Positions 40,135-49,328 of a stretch of DNA of 64,000 nucleotides are shown here, in pieces. The stretch's first letter is position 1. Each line of letters opens with the position of its first letter. The notes below the pieces were generated by a model, which was not told where the DNA came from, searched no databases, and saw nothing but the letters and a program-made list of their open reading frames with translations. Origin of the DNA: Candidatus Lustribacter sp. (GTDB lineage Bacteria > Vulcanimicrobiota > Vulcanimicrobiia > Vulcanimicrobiales > Vulcanimicrobiaceae); the NCBI GenBank assembly GCA_965277805.1, contig OZ255842.1:3872001-3936000 (forward strand), given 5' to 3'. A program made the position numbers and the translations under genes.

Positions 40135-40803
40135 ATAGCACGACCGCTACGCGTCAACGACCAGATCCGTATCCGCACCGTTCGAGTAATCGACGATGAA
40201 GGGACGCAGCTCGGCGTCATGCCGACTGAGGAAGCGATGAACCTCGCGCGCTCAAAAGGCCTCGACCTCATCGAAGTCTCGCCCACCGCGGTTCCGCCGG
40301 TCTGTAGAATTGGTGATTACGGCCGTCTCAAGTACGAGCAATCGAAGAAAGACAAAGACGCGCGCAAGAAGCAGAAAAACTTCGAATTGCGCGAGGTCAA
40401 ATTGCGACCGAAAATCGACACCCACGACTACGAAGTCAAAGCGAAGATGGCCGAACGGCTGCTTCTCGACGGCGGCAAAGTCAAAGTGACGATCATGTTC
40501 CGGGGTCGCGAGATCACCTACACGTCGTACGGCAAACGGTTGCTCGATCGCATCTCGGTCGATCTCGCGAACAGCGCGATCGTCGAGCGCGACGCCAAAC
40601 TCGAAGGCAAAAACATGTTCCTCATCCTCGCCCCGCGGCAGACGCCGCTCGGCCCGCCGCGATTCGTCCATCACAAAGACGAAGCCGCGCCGACGCACGA
40701 GCAGGCCACGCACGTGGGCGAACATCCGGATGACGAACACGAAGACGCACATGAATCCGTGGAACACCACGAAACACCACCAGTCGAGGGAGCTCATGCC
40801 TAA
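40135..40803 (+). CDS. infC: Translation initiation factor IF-3 (ATA start, His/acidic tail)
   Basis: VNDQIR, LDLIEVSP, PPVCRI.DYG, MFRGRE; AGGAG RBS before ATA 40135. Confidence 0.95.
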   Translation: MARPLRVNDQIRIRTVRVIDDEGTQLGVMPTEEAMNLARSKGLDLIEVSPTAVPPVCRIGDYGRLKYEQSKKDKDARKKQKNFELREVKLRPKIDTHDYEVKAKMAERLLLDGGKVKVTIMFRGREITYTSYGKRLLDRISVDLANSAIVERDAKLEGKNMFLILAPRQTPLGPPRFVHHKDEAAPTHEQATHVGEHPDDEHEDAHESVEHHETPPVEGAHA

Positions 40804-41002
40804 GATCAAGACGCACCGCGGAACCGCGAAGCGAGTGAAGGTCAGCGGAAACGGTATCGTTACGCACCGTCACCAATTCAGCGGCTGCGGCCACATTCTC
40901 AGCAAGAAAACACGTAAGCGCAAGCGGAATTTCCGCAAGGACCAGCCCGTTTTCGCCGGCGATCTGAAGCGCTTTGCGCCCCAGATCCCCTACCTGCTTT
41001 AA
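40796..41002 (+). CDS. rpmI: 50S ribosomal protein bL35
   Basis: MPKIKTHRGTAKR...HILSKK. Confidence 0.95.
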   Translation: MPKIKTHRGTAKRVKVSGNGIVTHRHQFSGCGHILSKKTRKRKRNFRKDQPVFAGDLKRFAPQIPYLL

Positions 41003-41020
41003 TTTCTGGAGTAACGATCG

Positions 41021-41392
41021 ATGGCACGAATCAAGCGCGGCGTACATGGCTTAAAGCATCGCCGCAAAGTGATGAAGCTCGTCAAGGGCTTCCGCGCGGC
41101 ACGCCGCCGCAATTACCGCGTCGCAAACGAAGCACTGCTCCATTCTCTGGCATACTCGTATCGCGACCGCCGCGTGCGCAAGCGCGACTTCCGCTCGCTC
41201 TGGATCGCCCGCATCAACGCGGCCGCGCGCGCCGAGGGTCTGACGTATTCGCGTCTGATCGCCGGCCTCAAGAAGAGCGGCGTCGTGGTCAACCGCAAGA
41301 CACTGGCCGAACTCGCCGTCCACGACCACGCCGCCTTCGCCCAGCTCCTCACCACCGCCAAAAACGCCAACGGCGCCACGACGGCGGCCTAA
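41021..41392 (+). CDS. rplT: 50S ribosomal protein bL20
   Basis: [29 protein letters not shown]. Confidence 0.97.
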   Translation: MARIKRGVHGLKHRRKVMKLVKGFRAARRRNYRVANEALLHSLAYSYRDRRVRKRDFRSLWIARINAAARAEGLTYSRLIAGLKKSGVVVNRKTLAELAVHDHAAFAQLLTTAKNANGATTAA

Positions 41393-41400
41393 CGGCCCCA

Positions 41401-41428
41401 CTGTCATCCCGAGCTTGTCGAGGGACAG
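41401..41428. repeat. REP-like dispersed repeat, copy 3
   Basis: ctgtcatcccgagcttgtcgagggacag, reverse complement of copy 2. Confidence 0.9.
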
Positions 41429-41433
41429 CCACC

Positions 41434-41465
41434 AACCGCTCCGATCATCGGGGCGGTTTTTCTTT
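41434..41465 (+). terminator. Intrinsic terminator after rplT
   Basis: aaccgctccga-tca-tcggggcggtt followed by T-run. Confidence 0.75.
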
Positions 41466-41474
41466 GCCCGCGAA

Positions 41475-41501
41475 TGTCGATTGCGCACCCCGCCGTTCGT
41501 C
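41475..41501 (+). promoter_or_regulatory. ECF42-type promoter
   Basis: TGTCGA-N17-CGTC directly upstream of a DGPF gene and ECF sigma gene. Confidence 0.6.
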
Positions 41502-41512
41502 TGAGGAACGTG

Positions 41513-41875
41513 ATGACATACATGCTGCTGATCTACACGCCCAACATCGGGCGCGACCGCACGGATGAAGAGTGGGAGGCGATGGTCGAGCCGTTCGTCG
41601 CCTACAACGAATATGTGAAGGGCACGGGCTATTACGTCGACGGATCGCCGCTGGCCGAGCTCAGCACCGCGACCACCGTGCGCATCCGCGACGGCAAGCG
41701 CGTGATCACCGATGGGCCGTTCGCGGAGACGAAAGAGTGGCTCGGGGGCTTCTACATGCTGGAGTGCCCCTCGATCGACGAGGCGATCGAAATCGCCGCC
41801 AAGTGCCCGGCGGCCCAGTTCGGTTCGATCGAGCTGCGGCCCGTGATCGACGGCCCCGGCGCGGATGGCGGCTAG
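41513..41875 (+). CDS. YciI/DGPF family protein
   Basis: [27 protein letters not shown]. Confidence 0.9.
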   Translation: MTYMLLIYTPNIGRDRTDEEWEAMVEPFVAYNEYVKGTGYYVDGSPLAELSTATTVRIRDGKRVITDGPFAETKEWLGGFYMLECPSIDEAIEIAAKCPAAQFGSIELRPVIDGPGADGG

Positions 41876-43112
41876 CGCCGACGAGCGCATCGCGCAGTGC
41901 TTCCGTGACGACGGCGGACGCGCCGTGGCCTCGCTGGCCCGCGCCGTCGGCGATCTTCGCTTGGCGGAGGACGCCGTGGCGGACGCCTACGTCGTGGCGC
42001 TCGAACGCTGGCCGCTCGACGGTTTCCCGGCCCATCCATCGGCGTGGATCCTCACCACCGCGCGGCGCCGCGCGATCGATCGCTTGCGCCGCGAACGCGT
42101 CGGGCGCGAGAAGCTGGCGCGCCTGGCGGTACTCGATGCCGCCGATGCCGCCGCCGGCGTTGCCGGCGAAAATGAGGATGAGGCAATGAGCGCGATCGAC
42201 GACCGGCTCGGCTTGATCTTCGCCTGCTGCCATCCGGCGCTCGGACTCGATGCGCGCATCGCGCTGACCCTCAACGCGCTCGGCGGTTTGTCGACGGCGG
42301 AGATCGCCGACGCGTTTCTCGTGCCGCCGGCGACGATGGCGCAACGTTTGGTGCGCGTGAAGCGCAAGATTCGCGACGCTGCGATCCCGTTCGACGTCCC
42401 GCCCGAACCGCGCTTAGCCGAACGGCTCGACGACGTATGCAGCGTGATCTACCTGATCTTCAACGAAGGCTACGCCGCGACGTCGGGCGAGCAGTTGATC
42501 CGCGCGGAGTTGTGCCGCGAAGCGATTCGCCTCGCGCGCGTCCTGGCGCAACTGATGCCGCAAGAGCCTGAGGTGATGGGGCTGCTCGCGCTCTTGCTCT
42601 ATCACGATTCACGCCGCGGCGCGCGCACCGACGGCTCCGGCGCACTCGTCACGCTCGCGACGCAAGATCGCACGCTCTGGGATTGCGATGCGATTGCGGA
42701 GGCCAACGGGCTGCTCGCGGCCGCGGCGCGCCATCGCAGCGTCGGTCCCTATCAACTCGAAGCCGCCATCGCGGCCGCGCACGCGCACGCCCCGTCCGCC
42801 GAACGCGTCGACTGGACGGCCATCGTGTCGCTCTACGATCAGCTCTGCGCGATCGCTCCCTCACCCGTCGCGGCCCTCAACCGCGCCGTCGCCATCGCAT
42901 ACGCGCAAGGCCCGCAGGCGGGCGCCGCCGCCCTCGACGCACTCCCCACCGAAGAACTCGACACCTATCACCTCTATCACGTCGCGCGCGCCGACACACT
43001 GCGCCGCTTAGGTAACATCCCCGAAGCCCGCTCTGCGTATGAACGCGCTCTCACCCAAACGCAACACCCTAGCGAACAAGCCTTCCTCCGAAGAACCATC
43101 AGCGAACTCTGA
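41865..43112 (+). CDS. ECF sigma factor with C-terminal TPR-like extension (ECF42-like)
   Basis: [50 protein letters not shown]. Confidence 0.9.
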   Translation: MAASADERIAQCFRDDGGRAVASLARAVGDLRLAEDAVADAYVVALERWPLDGFPAHPSAWILTTARRRAIDRLRRERVGREKLARLAVLDAADAAAGVAGENEDEAMSAIDDRLGLIFACCHPALGLDARIALTLNALGGLSTAEIADAFLVPPATMAQRLVRVKRKIRDAAIPFDVPPEPRLAERLDDVCSVIYLIFNEGYAATSGEQLIRAELCREAIRLARVLAQLMPQEPEVMGLLALLLYHDSRRGARTDGSGALVTLATQDRTLWDCDAIAEANGLLAAAARHRSVGPYQLEAAIAAAHAHAPSAERVDWTAIVSLYDQLCAIAPSPVAALNRAVAIAYAQGPQAGAAALDALPTEELDTYHLYHVARADTLRRLGNIPEARSAYERALTQTQHPSEQAFLRRTISEL

Positions 43113-43129
43113 ACGAGTGCAGTGCCCCT

Positions 43130-43330
43130 TGTCACCCCGAGCAAAGCACCGAAGGTGCGTCCACGAGGGGCGCGAGAGCGTCCTCGCCATCGAGTGCGAG
43201 TGCGAAGGCACGAGCAGTGGATAAAAAAAGACAAAAGTAACCACTGCTCCCGCCGTCGCGGTCGCACGCTAATCGCCGAGATTTTCTCGCATTCCTCGTC
43301 GACGCGCCTTCGGCGCTGCTCGGAATGACA
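43130..43330. repeat. About 200-nt nested inverted repeat (REPIN/MITE-like)
   Basis: Imperfect arms of about 45 nt (tgtcaccccgagca... / ...tgctcggaatgaca) and inner gagcagtgg/ccactgctc stem; ends resemble the REP-like repeat. Confidence 0.75.
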
Positions 43331-43358
43331 TATAAACAACAGCCCTGCGGGTGGCCGG

Positions 43359-43544
43359 TTAGTCTTTTTCGTCGAGGAAGATGCGTTTGCCGATGATGAC
43401 GAGGAGGCCGCCGAGGATTAGGACGCCGAGGACGAAGACGATCGCGTCGATGATCAGATTTTGCTGCGAGATGCCGCCTTTGGCCGGGGCTTCGGGGGCG
43501 GTGAGTTGTGAAGTGATGTCGGCGATGATTGCGAGCACGTTCAT
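43359..43544 (-). CDS. Small single-pass membrane protein
   Basis: One hydrophobic helix; ATGA overlap with the PCuAC stop. Confidence 0.65.
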   Translation of the reverse strand: MNVLAIIADITSQLTAPEAPAKGGISQQNLIIDAIVFVLGVLILGGLLVIIGKRIFLDEKD

Positions 43545-43945
43545 ATTGGCCGCACCCGTACGGTAACCGACGTCCAGCCGGCGCGCGCGAAGTGGAGCTG
43601 CAACGGGAATTGCGTGTTGGGATGTAGGTCGTGGCGCAGGTCGATTGCCATGAGGTGATAGCCGCCGGGGGCGAGCGTGACGCTGCCGTGGGCGGGAATC
43701 GTTAACGCGCGGACGCGCTCCATCGACATGACGCCGGTCATCTTCATGCCGGGCATCGATTTGCTCTCATCCATCGACTCGTGGATCTCGACCACACGCG
43801 CGACCGGCGTGCGCGCCGCATCCAGTTGGTCCGGTACGTCACCGCGGTTGCTGAGGCGCATGTATACGACGCCGGTGCCGATCGCCGGCCGCGACCAGGC
43901 ATCGGAAACCGTCAGCGCTGCAGCCATCGCGAGCGCTGCGATCAC
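43541..43945 (-). CDS. Copper chaperone PCu(A)C
   Basis: AWSRP, EIHESM...MSM, PGGYHLM; GTGA overlap with SCO gene. Confidence 0.88.
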   Translation of the reverse strand: MIAALAMAAALTVSDAWSRPAIGTGVVYMRLSNRGDVPDQLDAARTPVARVVEIHESMDESKSMPGMKMTGVMSMERVRALTIPAHGSVTLAPGGYHLMAIDLRHDLHPNTQFPLQLHFARAGWTSVTVRVRPI

Positions 43946-44520
43946 GAGCGCGCCTGCTGCATCAGCGTGGCCAACTCGTCGGGTGAATCGCTCCAGTCGC
44001 CGGTGCCGCGCAAACGGCCTTCGGGCGAGATGAACTGCACGGCCGAACTGTGCGCGACGATGTAGCCGTTCGCGCTGCCCTTGCCGGGCGCGATCTCGTG
44101 ATAGACGTGATACGCATCGTAGACCGGACCAAGTTGCGCCGCGGTTCCGGTGAGCCCGGTGAACGACGGATCGAACAAATGCACGTAGCGTTTGAGCACG
44201 GCCGGGTTGTCGCGCGCCGGATCGACCGTCACCAGCACGACGTCGAAGTTCGCGCCCGCCGCGCCGAGCTTGCGCTTCGCGCGCGCCAACGCCGAAAGCG
44301 TCGTCGGGCACACGTCGGGACAGTGCGCGTAACCGAAGAATAGTGCCATTGCATGTCCCCGCTGTGCGGAGAGCGTGTACGGTTTGCCGTCCTGATCGGT
44401 GAGCGTGAAATCCGGCGCGCGCGGTCCCGAGGGCAACAGGGCGCGTGCGGTCAATGCCGCGACCGAGGCGAAGATGAGCACGGCCGCCGCAATCCAGGTC
44501 AGACGAGTGCGCTGCTTCAA
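43942..44520 (-). CDS. SCO family copper chaperone
   Basis: FGYAHCPDVCP (CxxxC), VDPARD, AHS; TTG start overlapping upstream stop. Confidence 0.9.
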   Translation of the reverse strand: MKQRTRLTWIAAAVLIFASVAALTARALLPSGPRAPDFTLTDQDGKPYTLSAQRGHAMALFFGYAHCPDVCPTTLSALARAKRKLGAAGANFDVVLVTVDPARDNPAVLKRYVHLFDPSFTGLTGTAAQLGPVYDAYHVYHEIAPGKGSANGYIVAHSSAVQFISPEGRLRGTGDWSDSPDELATLMQQARS

Positions 44521-45542
44521 CCCGCCGGAACCGCCCCGCGCCGCTCGTTGGCGGCCAGCTGCTTCACGAGCTTGCGCGCGGCCAGCGCCGCCGCGTCGCC
44601 CGGAATGCTCAGCTCGATATGCTCGGGCGGCAAACGCTGCAAGCGCGCTTCTTGCGCGGCCAGCGCCGCGACGTCTTGATCGAAGATCGCGCTCGAACCC
44701 TTGTGCCAGCCTTCGCTGACGGCCGGATCGTCGAGCGCGTAGTCGCGCGCTACGGCCCAGTTGTAGCGGGTGCGCGTTGCGGTCTCGGGCGTAACGCAGT
44801 GGATCACGACGAAGCTCAACGTCGGATAGCCCGGCTCGGTCGAAGCCGCCTTTGCGCGCGTCAACACCATCCCGGGCGGATGGAACTCCGCGATCTGCGT
44901 GCGGTCGATGCGTTCGCTCACGCCGAACTTCGCGAAGAGCGCCGGCGGCGGGATGTTCTTCATCAAGCGCGTCGCGCGCACGCAATCGGGTTCGGTCTGG
45001 GTGACGATCGGCGTCTCAGCGACCGAGCTGTTGCCGATCGTTTCGGGATGCAAGAACGCCTCGTGCGAGAGGTCCATCAAGTTCTCGATCAGCAACTGCG
45101 CGCGCGCCTCGAGAATCTTCGTGCCGTGCACGGACGTCCAGCCCGGCGCGGCCAGCCACTGTTCTTTGATCTGCGTGGGATCGGCTTGGCCCGGATCGCC
45201 GGCGTACAGCCAGATCAATCCGCCGCGCTCGTGCAGCGGAAACGCGCGCACGCGCATGGCGGCCGGTGTGCGTCGCTCGCCCGGCACGCGCGCGCAGGCG
45301 CCGTCACAACCGAATGTGATGCCGTGGTAGCCGCACTCGACGTTGTCGCCTTTAAGGCGGCCCAAGGCGAGCGGGTACTGACGGTGCGGACAGGTGCCTT
45401 CGAGGGCGACGGCCGTGCCGTCTTCGCGGCGGTAGAACACGATCGGGACGCCGCAGATCCAGCGCTCGACGAGTTCCCGACCGATCTCTTCGCTCCATGC
45501 GGCCGCGTACCACGCGTTCCGGACGAAGGGAATCACTTCCAT
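44517..45542 (-). CDS. Rieske non-heme iron oxygenase (VanA-like) catalytic subunit
   Basis: NAWYAA, CPHR...CGYHG Rieske ligands, ENLMDLSH..FLH, DQD. Confidence 0.9.
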   Translation of the reverse strand: MEVIPFVRNAWYAAAWSEEIGRELVERWICGVPIVFYRREDGTAVALEGTCPHRQYPLALGRLKGDNVECGYHGITFGCDGACARVPGERRTPAAMRVRAFPLHERGGLIWLYAGDPGQADPTQIKEQWLAAPGWTSVHGTKILEARAQLLIENLMDLSHEAFLHPETIGNSSVAETPIVTQTEPDCVRATRLMKNIPPPALFAKFGVSERIDRTQIAEFHPPGMVLTRAKAASTEPGYPTLSFVVIHCVTPETATRTRYNWAVARDYALDDPAVSEGWHKGSSAIFDQDVAALAAQEARLQRLPPEHIELSIPGDAAALAARKLVKQLAANERRGAVPAG

Positions 45543-45583
45543 GGTGAGGGCCTGCGACGTTCGATCGGCAGCGCCCTGGCGGA

Positions 45584-46462
45584 TTAAGCCGGCTCGATCC
45601 GGTGCTCGCGATCGGCCGGCGTATGATCGCTGGCCAGAATGTCGACCAAGGTCGCCAGCGCGCGTTGCGCCGGCACGCGTTCGGGTTCGATGATGTCGTG
45701 CGACCAGCTCAAGCCGGCGAGCCGGTGCACGGCGATCGATGCGCCTGCCTTGCGCCAATCGTCGGCGAGGCGCTGCGCGGTGCGGTTGTTCACCGACGTC
45801 TCGGTTGCATTGATCACGATGTCGATTTCGCCCACCGACGGTACGCGCCGCGCGTCGTCGCGCGTCCGGTCGGCGATCGAGATGCCGGCGCGCAGTGCGG
45901 TCAGCGGATAGCGCGGGTAACCGTGCACCGGCTCGAGCCGTTCGCGCAGCACCGGGTCCCACCACAGAAACAGATTCGGCGCCAGCCCGAGCACCGCGAG
46001 CAGCAGCGGATGCGCTTCGTGCGGCACGCCGGCGATGCCCAGGAACGGCGCGACCGCCACCACGCGCGATGCCGCCGTTCCGCGCGCGGCGTAGTCGAGC
46101 GCGAGCGTCGCGCCGAGCGAGTGGCCCGCGACCGTCAGCGTTTCGCCGAGCGCTTGCGCCGCGCGCACGATGGCGGCAACGTCGTCGATCAACGCCTGCG
46201 CGCGCATCGCGCGCAGTGCGGTCGTCAAGCGATCGCGGTGGCCGTGCAAGAGCAAGCGCGGAACGACGACGGTTTGCCCGCGCGCAACCAGCGCTTCGGC
46301 AACGGCGCGCCACGCCGGCGGGCTCGCGGTGAGACCGTGCAGCAAAACCACGGCGCCCGCGCCGGCCGTGCCGGGAAACACTTGCGAACGCATCTCCGGC
46401 GCGACCGCCGGTTCGGCCGCATCGCGCTCGCGCAGAAACGCTTCGAGCGCCTCGACGTTCAG
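45584..46462 (-). CDS. Alpha/beta hydrolase (esterase-like)
   Basis: LLHGLT, GHSLG; start uncertain (CTG 46462 or ATG 46393). Confidence 0.8.
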   Translation of the reverse strand: MNVEALEAFLRERDAAEPAVAPEMRSQVFPGTAGAGAVVLLHGLTASPPAWRAVAEALVARGQTVVVPRLLLHGHRDRLTTALRAMRAQALIDDVAAIVRAAQALGETLTVAGHSLGATLALDYAARGTAASRVVAVAPFLGIAGVPHEAHPLLLAVLGLAPNLFLWWDPVLRERLEPVHGYPRYPLTALRAGISIADRTRDDARRVPSVGEIDIVINATETSVNNRTAQRLADDWRKAGASIAVHRLAGLSWSHDIIEPERVPAQRALATLVDILASDHTPADREHRIEPA

Positions 46463-46974
46463 CGCCGGCGTAGCGCCCACAGCACGGCAACCTGCGTCTT
46501 CGCATCGCGCAGTTCGTCGCGCTCGATCATCTCCATCACGCGCGTGAGCGGGAACGTCGCGATCTCGATCTCTTCTTCCGCGTCCGGTTCGGGTTCGCCG
46601 ATCTCGTAGCTGTCGGTGTGAAAGAAGTGCAGCAGCTCGTTGCAAAACCCGGGCGCCGAGTAGGCCGACCACAAACGCTGCACGGAGCGCGCGCGAAAGC
46701 CCGTCTCCTCGCGCAGTTCGCGTATCGCCGCTTCTTCAGGTGTCTCACCCGGATCGATGCCGCCGGCGCAAACCTCCCACGTGTCTTCGCCGATCGCGTG
46801 CCGATTCTGGCGCACCAAAACGATCTCGTCGGGCGCGGGCTGCGCGATTACCACCACCGCACCGCTGTGCTCGACGATCTCCAGCACGTGCTCTTTGCCG
46901 TGCGCTTCGACCGTATCGACGCGCAGGTTGATTACGCGCCCTTCGTAGATGCGCTTGGTCGAGACAACCTTCAT
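46459..46974 (-). CDS. Nudix hydrolase (ADP-ribose pyrophosphatase-like)
   Basis: Nudix box GGIDPGETPEEAAIRELREETG, SAPGF, DAKT. Confidence 0.9.
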   Translation of the reverse strand: MKVVSTKRIYEGRVINLRVDTVEAHGKEHVLEIVEHSGAVVVIAQPAPDEIVLVRQNRHAIGEDTWEVCAGGIDPGETPEEAAIRELREETGFRARSVQRLWSAYSAPGFCNELLHFFHTDSYEIGEPEPDAEEEIEIATFPLTRVMEMIERDELRDAKTQVAVLWALRRR

Positions 46975-46977
46975 CGT

Positions 46978-47856
46978 TTAAGGTACGACCGTGTTGGCGA
47001 GTTCTTCCAGCACCGTCGGACGACGCGGGTCCCAGCCCAGTTCGCGTTTGGCTTTCTCGCTGCTCAGCTGCAGATCGACCGCCAGCGCGTCGGCGAACCC
47101 GCCCATCGCAGCGCGCGCATTCTCCGGCGTGAGATGTTCGATCGAACCGTTGCCCCCGGCGGCGCGCGACGCGGCCCGTGCGATCTCCACGTACGGCACG
47201 GCGGCCGCGCTCGATGCATTGTAGATGCCGTTCGCCGGCGCTTTCTCGAGCGCCGCGGCGTAGAGTTCGGCCAGCGCGTCGACGCGCACCATCGGCCAGC
47301 GGTTCGCGCCGTCGCCGACGACGCGCACGGGTCCGGGCACGGCGCTTGCCATCAGCATGCCGACGATGCCGCCGCCGTCGCCGTAAACGACGCCCGGGCG
47401 AATCACGATCGCGCGCACGCCGCGCGAGCGCGCCGCGAGCACGCGGTCTTCGTGCGCCGGACGCCAGGCCACCATCGGGATCGGGTTGACCGGCGCATCT
47501 TCATCGATCACCGCATCGCCGCGGCTGCCGTACACCCACGCGCCGCTGGTGTAAACGATCGTGTGGTCGTTGGGCGCGACGCGTAAGAGCACGTCGAGCA
47601 GCTTCGCCTCGCGCGCGACGCCGTCCGGAGGCGTCGGCGCCGCGATATGCACCGTTGCATCGTGTTCGCGCGCGGCGAGTTCGATGACGTCGAGCGAGTC
47701 GAGCGAACCGTGAACGTGCGTCGCACCCAGCTTGCGCACCGTCGCGCCGGCCTCGTCACTGCGCACGAGCGCGGCGACGTGATGGCCGCGGCGCACGAGT
47801 TCGGCGACCACCGCGCGGCCGATGTAGCCGCTTCCGCCGGTAACGAAGATCCGCAT
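46978..47856 (-). CDS. NAD-dependent epimerase/dehydratase family protein
   Basis: VTGGSGYIG, YTSGAWVYG, IRPGVVYG, ELGWDP. Confidence 0.88.
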   Translation of the reverse strand: MRIFVTGGSGYIGRAVVAELVRRGHHVAALVRSDEAGATVRKLGATHVHGSLDSLDVIELAAREHDATVHIAAPTPPDGVAREAKLLDVLLRVAPNDHTIVYTSGAWVYGSRGDAVIDEDAPVNPIPMVAWRPAHEDRVLAARSRGVRAIVIRPGVVYGDGGGIVGMLMASAVPGPVRVVGDGANRWPMVRVDALAELYAAALEKAPANGIYNASSAAAVPYVEIARAASRAAGGNGSIEHLTPENARAAMGGFADALAVDLQLSSEKAKRELGWDPRRPTVLEELANTVVP

Positions 47857-48218
47857 CAATTTCCTCCGGGCGCGCGCTGTGGCGCCACGAGCGTTATCAG
47901 GTCAAAGACCAGAGCAATTTCAACCGCTACGATACACGAACCGTCCACCCAGCGCGCCGGCAGAAGTACGGACCACAGCGCGAGGATAGCCGCGCAGAGG
48001 TACGCGCCGGCTTTCGTGACCTGCACGCGCGCTTCGGGGTGCTCGGGGTGATAGGCGTTGCGCACGCCGTGCACGGCAACGTAGACGAGCGCCGCAGCGA
48101 TCAGCCAGCCCCACGGCTTGTGCATCCACATCATGACGAGCACGTTGTGGCCGCCGAGTGCGACCAAGACCGCGATCACCGCCAGCGCCGCGATCTCCAC
48201 CATCCGTCCCCGTTTCAT
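47856..48218 (-). CDS. Hypothetical membrane protein
   Basis: About 4 hydrophobic segments; start 48218 or 48203. Confidence 0.6.
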   Translation of the reverse strand: MKRGRMVEIAALAVIAVLVALGGHNVLVMMWMHKPWGWLIAAALVYVAVHGVRNAYHPEHPEARVQVTKAGAYLCAAILALWSVLLPARWVDGSCIVAVEIALVFDLITLVAPQRAPGGN

Positions 48219-48257
48219 CCGGCCCGGACGCTTCGGCAAGGCGGTGGCGACTCCGCC

Positions 48258-49058
48258 GTGAAGGTCGGGGCGGTGCCCACCGCGCTCAGCCCGCATAACC
48301 CGCGCATCGAGCGCGTCCGTGACCTGCGCACCCCCCGCGTGCGGCGCGAGCGGGGCCGCTTCGCCTTCGAGGGGCCGACGCTGCTGGCCGAGGCGCAGCG
48401 CAGCGGTATCACGATCGAGGAGCTCTACGGCACCGAAGCGGCCCTCGGCTCCCACGCGGCCCTCGTGGCCGAGTTCGAGGCGGCGGGCACGCCGGTTTTC
48501 GCCGTCCCCGACCGCACGCTGGCGCGCCTCTCGGACCTCGAGACGCCGCCCGGGCTGCTCGCGGTCGGTATCGTACCGGCGAGCGACGTGGCGACGATCC
48601 TGGAGCGTCCGGGGGCCGTTCTCTTGTTAGCCGGCATCAACGATCCGGGCAATGCCGGGACGCTGTTGCGCTCCGCCGAGGCCTTCGGAGCGGCCGGCGT
48701 GCTGTTCGGGCGAGGCGGGGTCGACCCGTTTGCCCCCAAGGTCGTCCGCGGGGCAATGGGCTCGCTCTTCCGGCTTCCGGTGGCAGTGGTGGAGGCCGAG
48801 GAGCTCTTTCTGGCCGCAGGGGCAGCTGGGCGGCCCATTATCGCAGCCGCACTCGATGGAGAGCCACTTGCGGGAGCGATGCTGCCCCCAGGCGCGATCC
48901 TCGCAGTCGGTAACGAACGGCATGGGGTCGGCGGCTTTCTGCCGCACTGGGACGCGGCGGTGCGGATCGAACAAGCGGCGGCCACCGAAAGTTTGAACGC
49001 TGCCGTCGCGGGCAGCATCCTGCTTTATGCCTTTTCCCTGCGAAAGGGCCAAAAATAG
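48258..49058 (+). CDS. TrmH/SpoU family RNA methyltransferase
   Basis: NDPGNAGTLLRSA, VRGAMGS, GNERHG, ESLNAAVAG; start 48258 or 48273. Confidence 0.9.
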   Translation: MKVGAVPTALSPHNPRIERVRDLRTPRVRRERGRFAFEGPTLLAEAQRSGITIEELYGTEAALGSHAALVAEFEAAGTPVFAVPDRTLARLSDLETPPGLLAVGIVPASDVATILERPGAVLLLAGINDPGNAGTLLRSAEAFGAAGVLFGRGGVDPFAPKVVRGAMGSLFRLPVAVVEAEELFLAAGAAGRPIIAAALDGEPLAGAMLPPGAILAVGNERHGVGGFLPHWDAAVRIEQAAATESLNAAVAGSILLYAFSLRKGQK

Positions 49059-49072
49059 GTGCTTGTCAAGAC

Positions 49073-49102
49073 TTGGCGAGCCTTATCCACAGGGGTTATA
49101 CT
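49073..49102 (+). promoter_or_regulatory. Sigma70-like promoter (TTGGCG-N18-TATACT) containing DnaA box TTATCCACA at 49083-49091
   Basis: Read directly from sequence. Confidence 0.6.
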
Positions 49103-49152
49103 CCGCACAGATTTCGCGAACACCACTCGTCCGAGAGAGGAATCGTCGACCG

Positions 49153-49257
49153 ATGCGCACTTCGGAGCTCTTCTGGAAACTGTTCGCCACGACCGGATCG
49201 ATCAACGCGTATTTGGTCTACCGGCGCCTGAATCCGACGGCCACTAGCGCGGGATAG
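49153..49257 (+). CDS. YqzL-family small protein (34 aa)
   Basis: MRTSELFWKLFATTGSINAYLVYRRL fits W-x2-F-x2-TG-x-I-x-AYL pattern; GAGG RBS. Confidence 0.75.
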   Translation: MRTSELFWKLFATTGSINAYLVYRRLNPTATSAG

Positions 49258-49293
49258 CAGCCGAAGCAGCTCCAGCCCAAGTTGATCCCACGT

Positions 49294-49328
49294 AACGCCT
49301 GGTCGAAGGACCGGGCGTTTTGTTTTGT
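49294..49328 (+). terminator. Terminator/attenuator hairpin before pheS
   Basis: aacgcctggtc-gaag-gaccgggcgtt followed by ttgttttg. Confidence 0.7.

Noticed and set aside
43122-43328. Short ORFs across the fold-back element
   Set aside because: Better explained by the inverted-repeat structure; no RBS or protein-like composition
49083-49091. DnaA box as oriC
   Set aside because: Only one box seen; no unwinding element or dnaA/dnaN nearby
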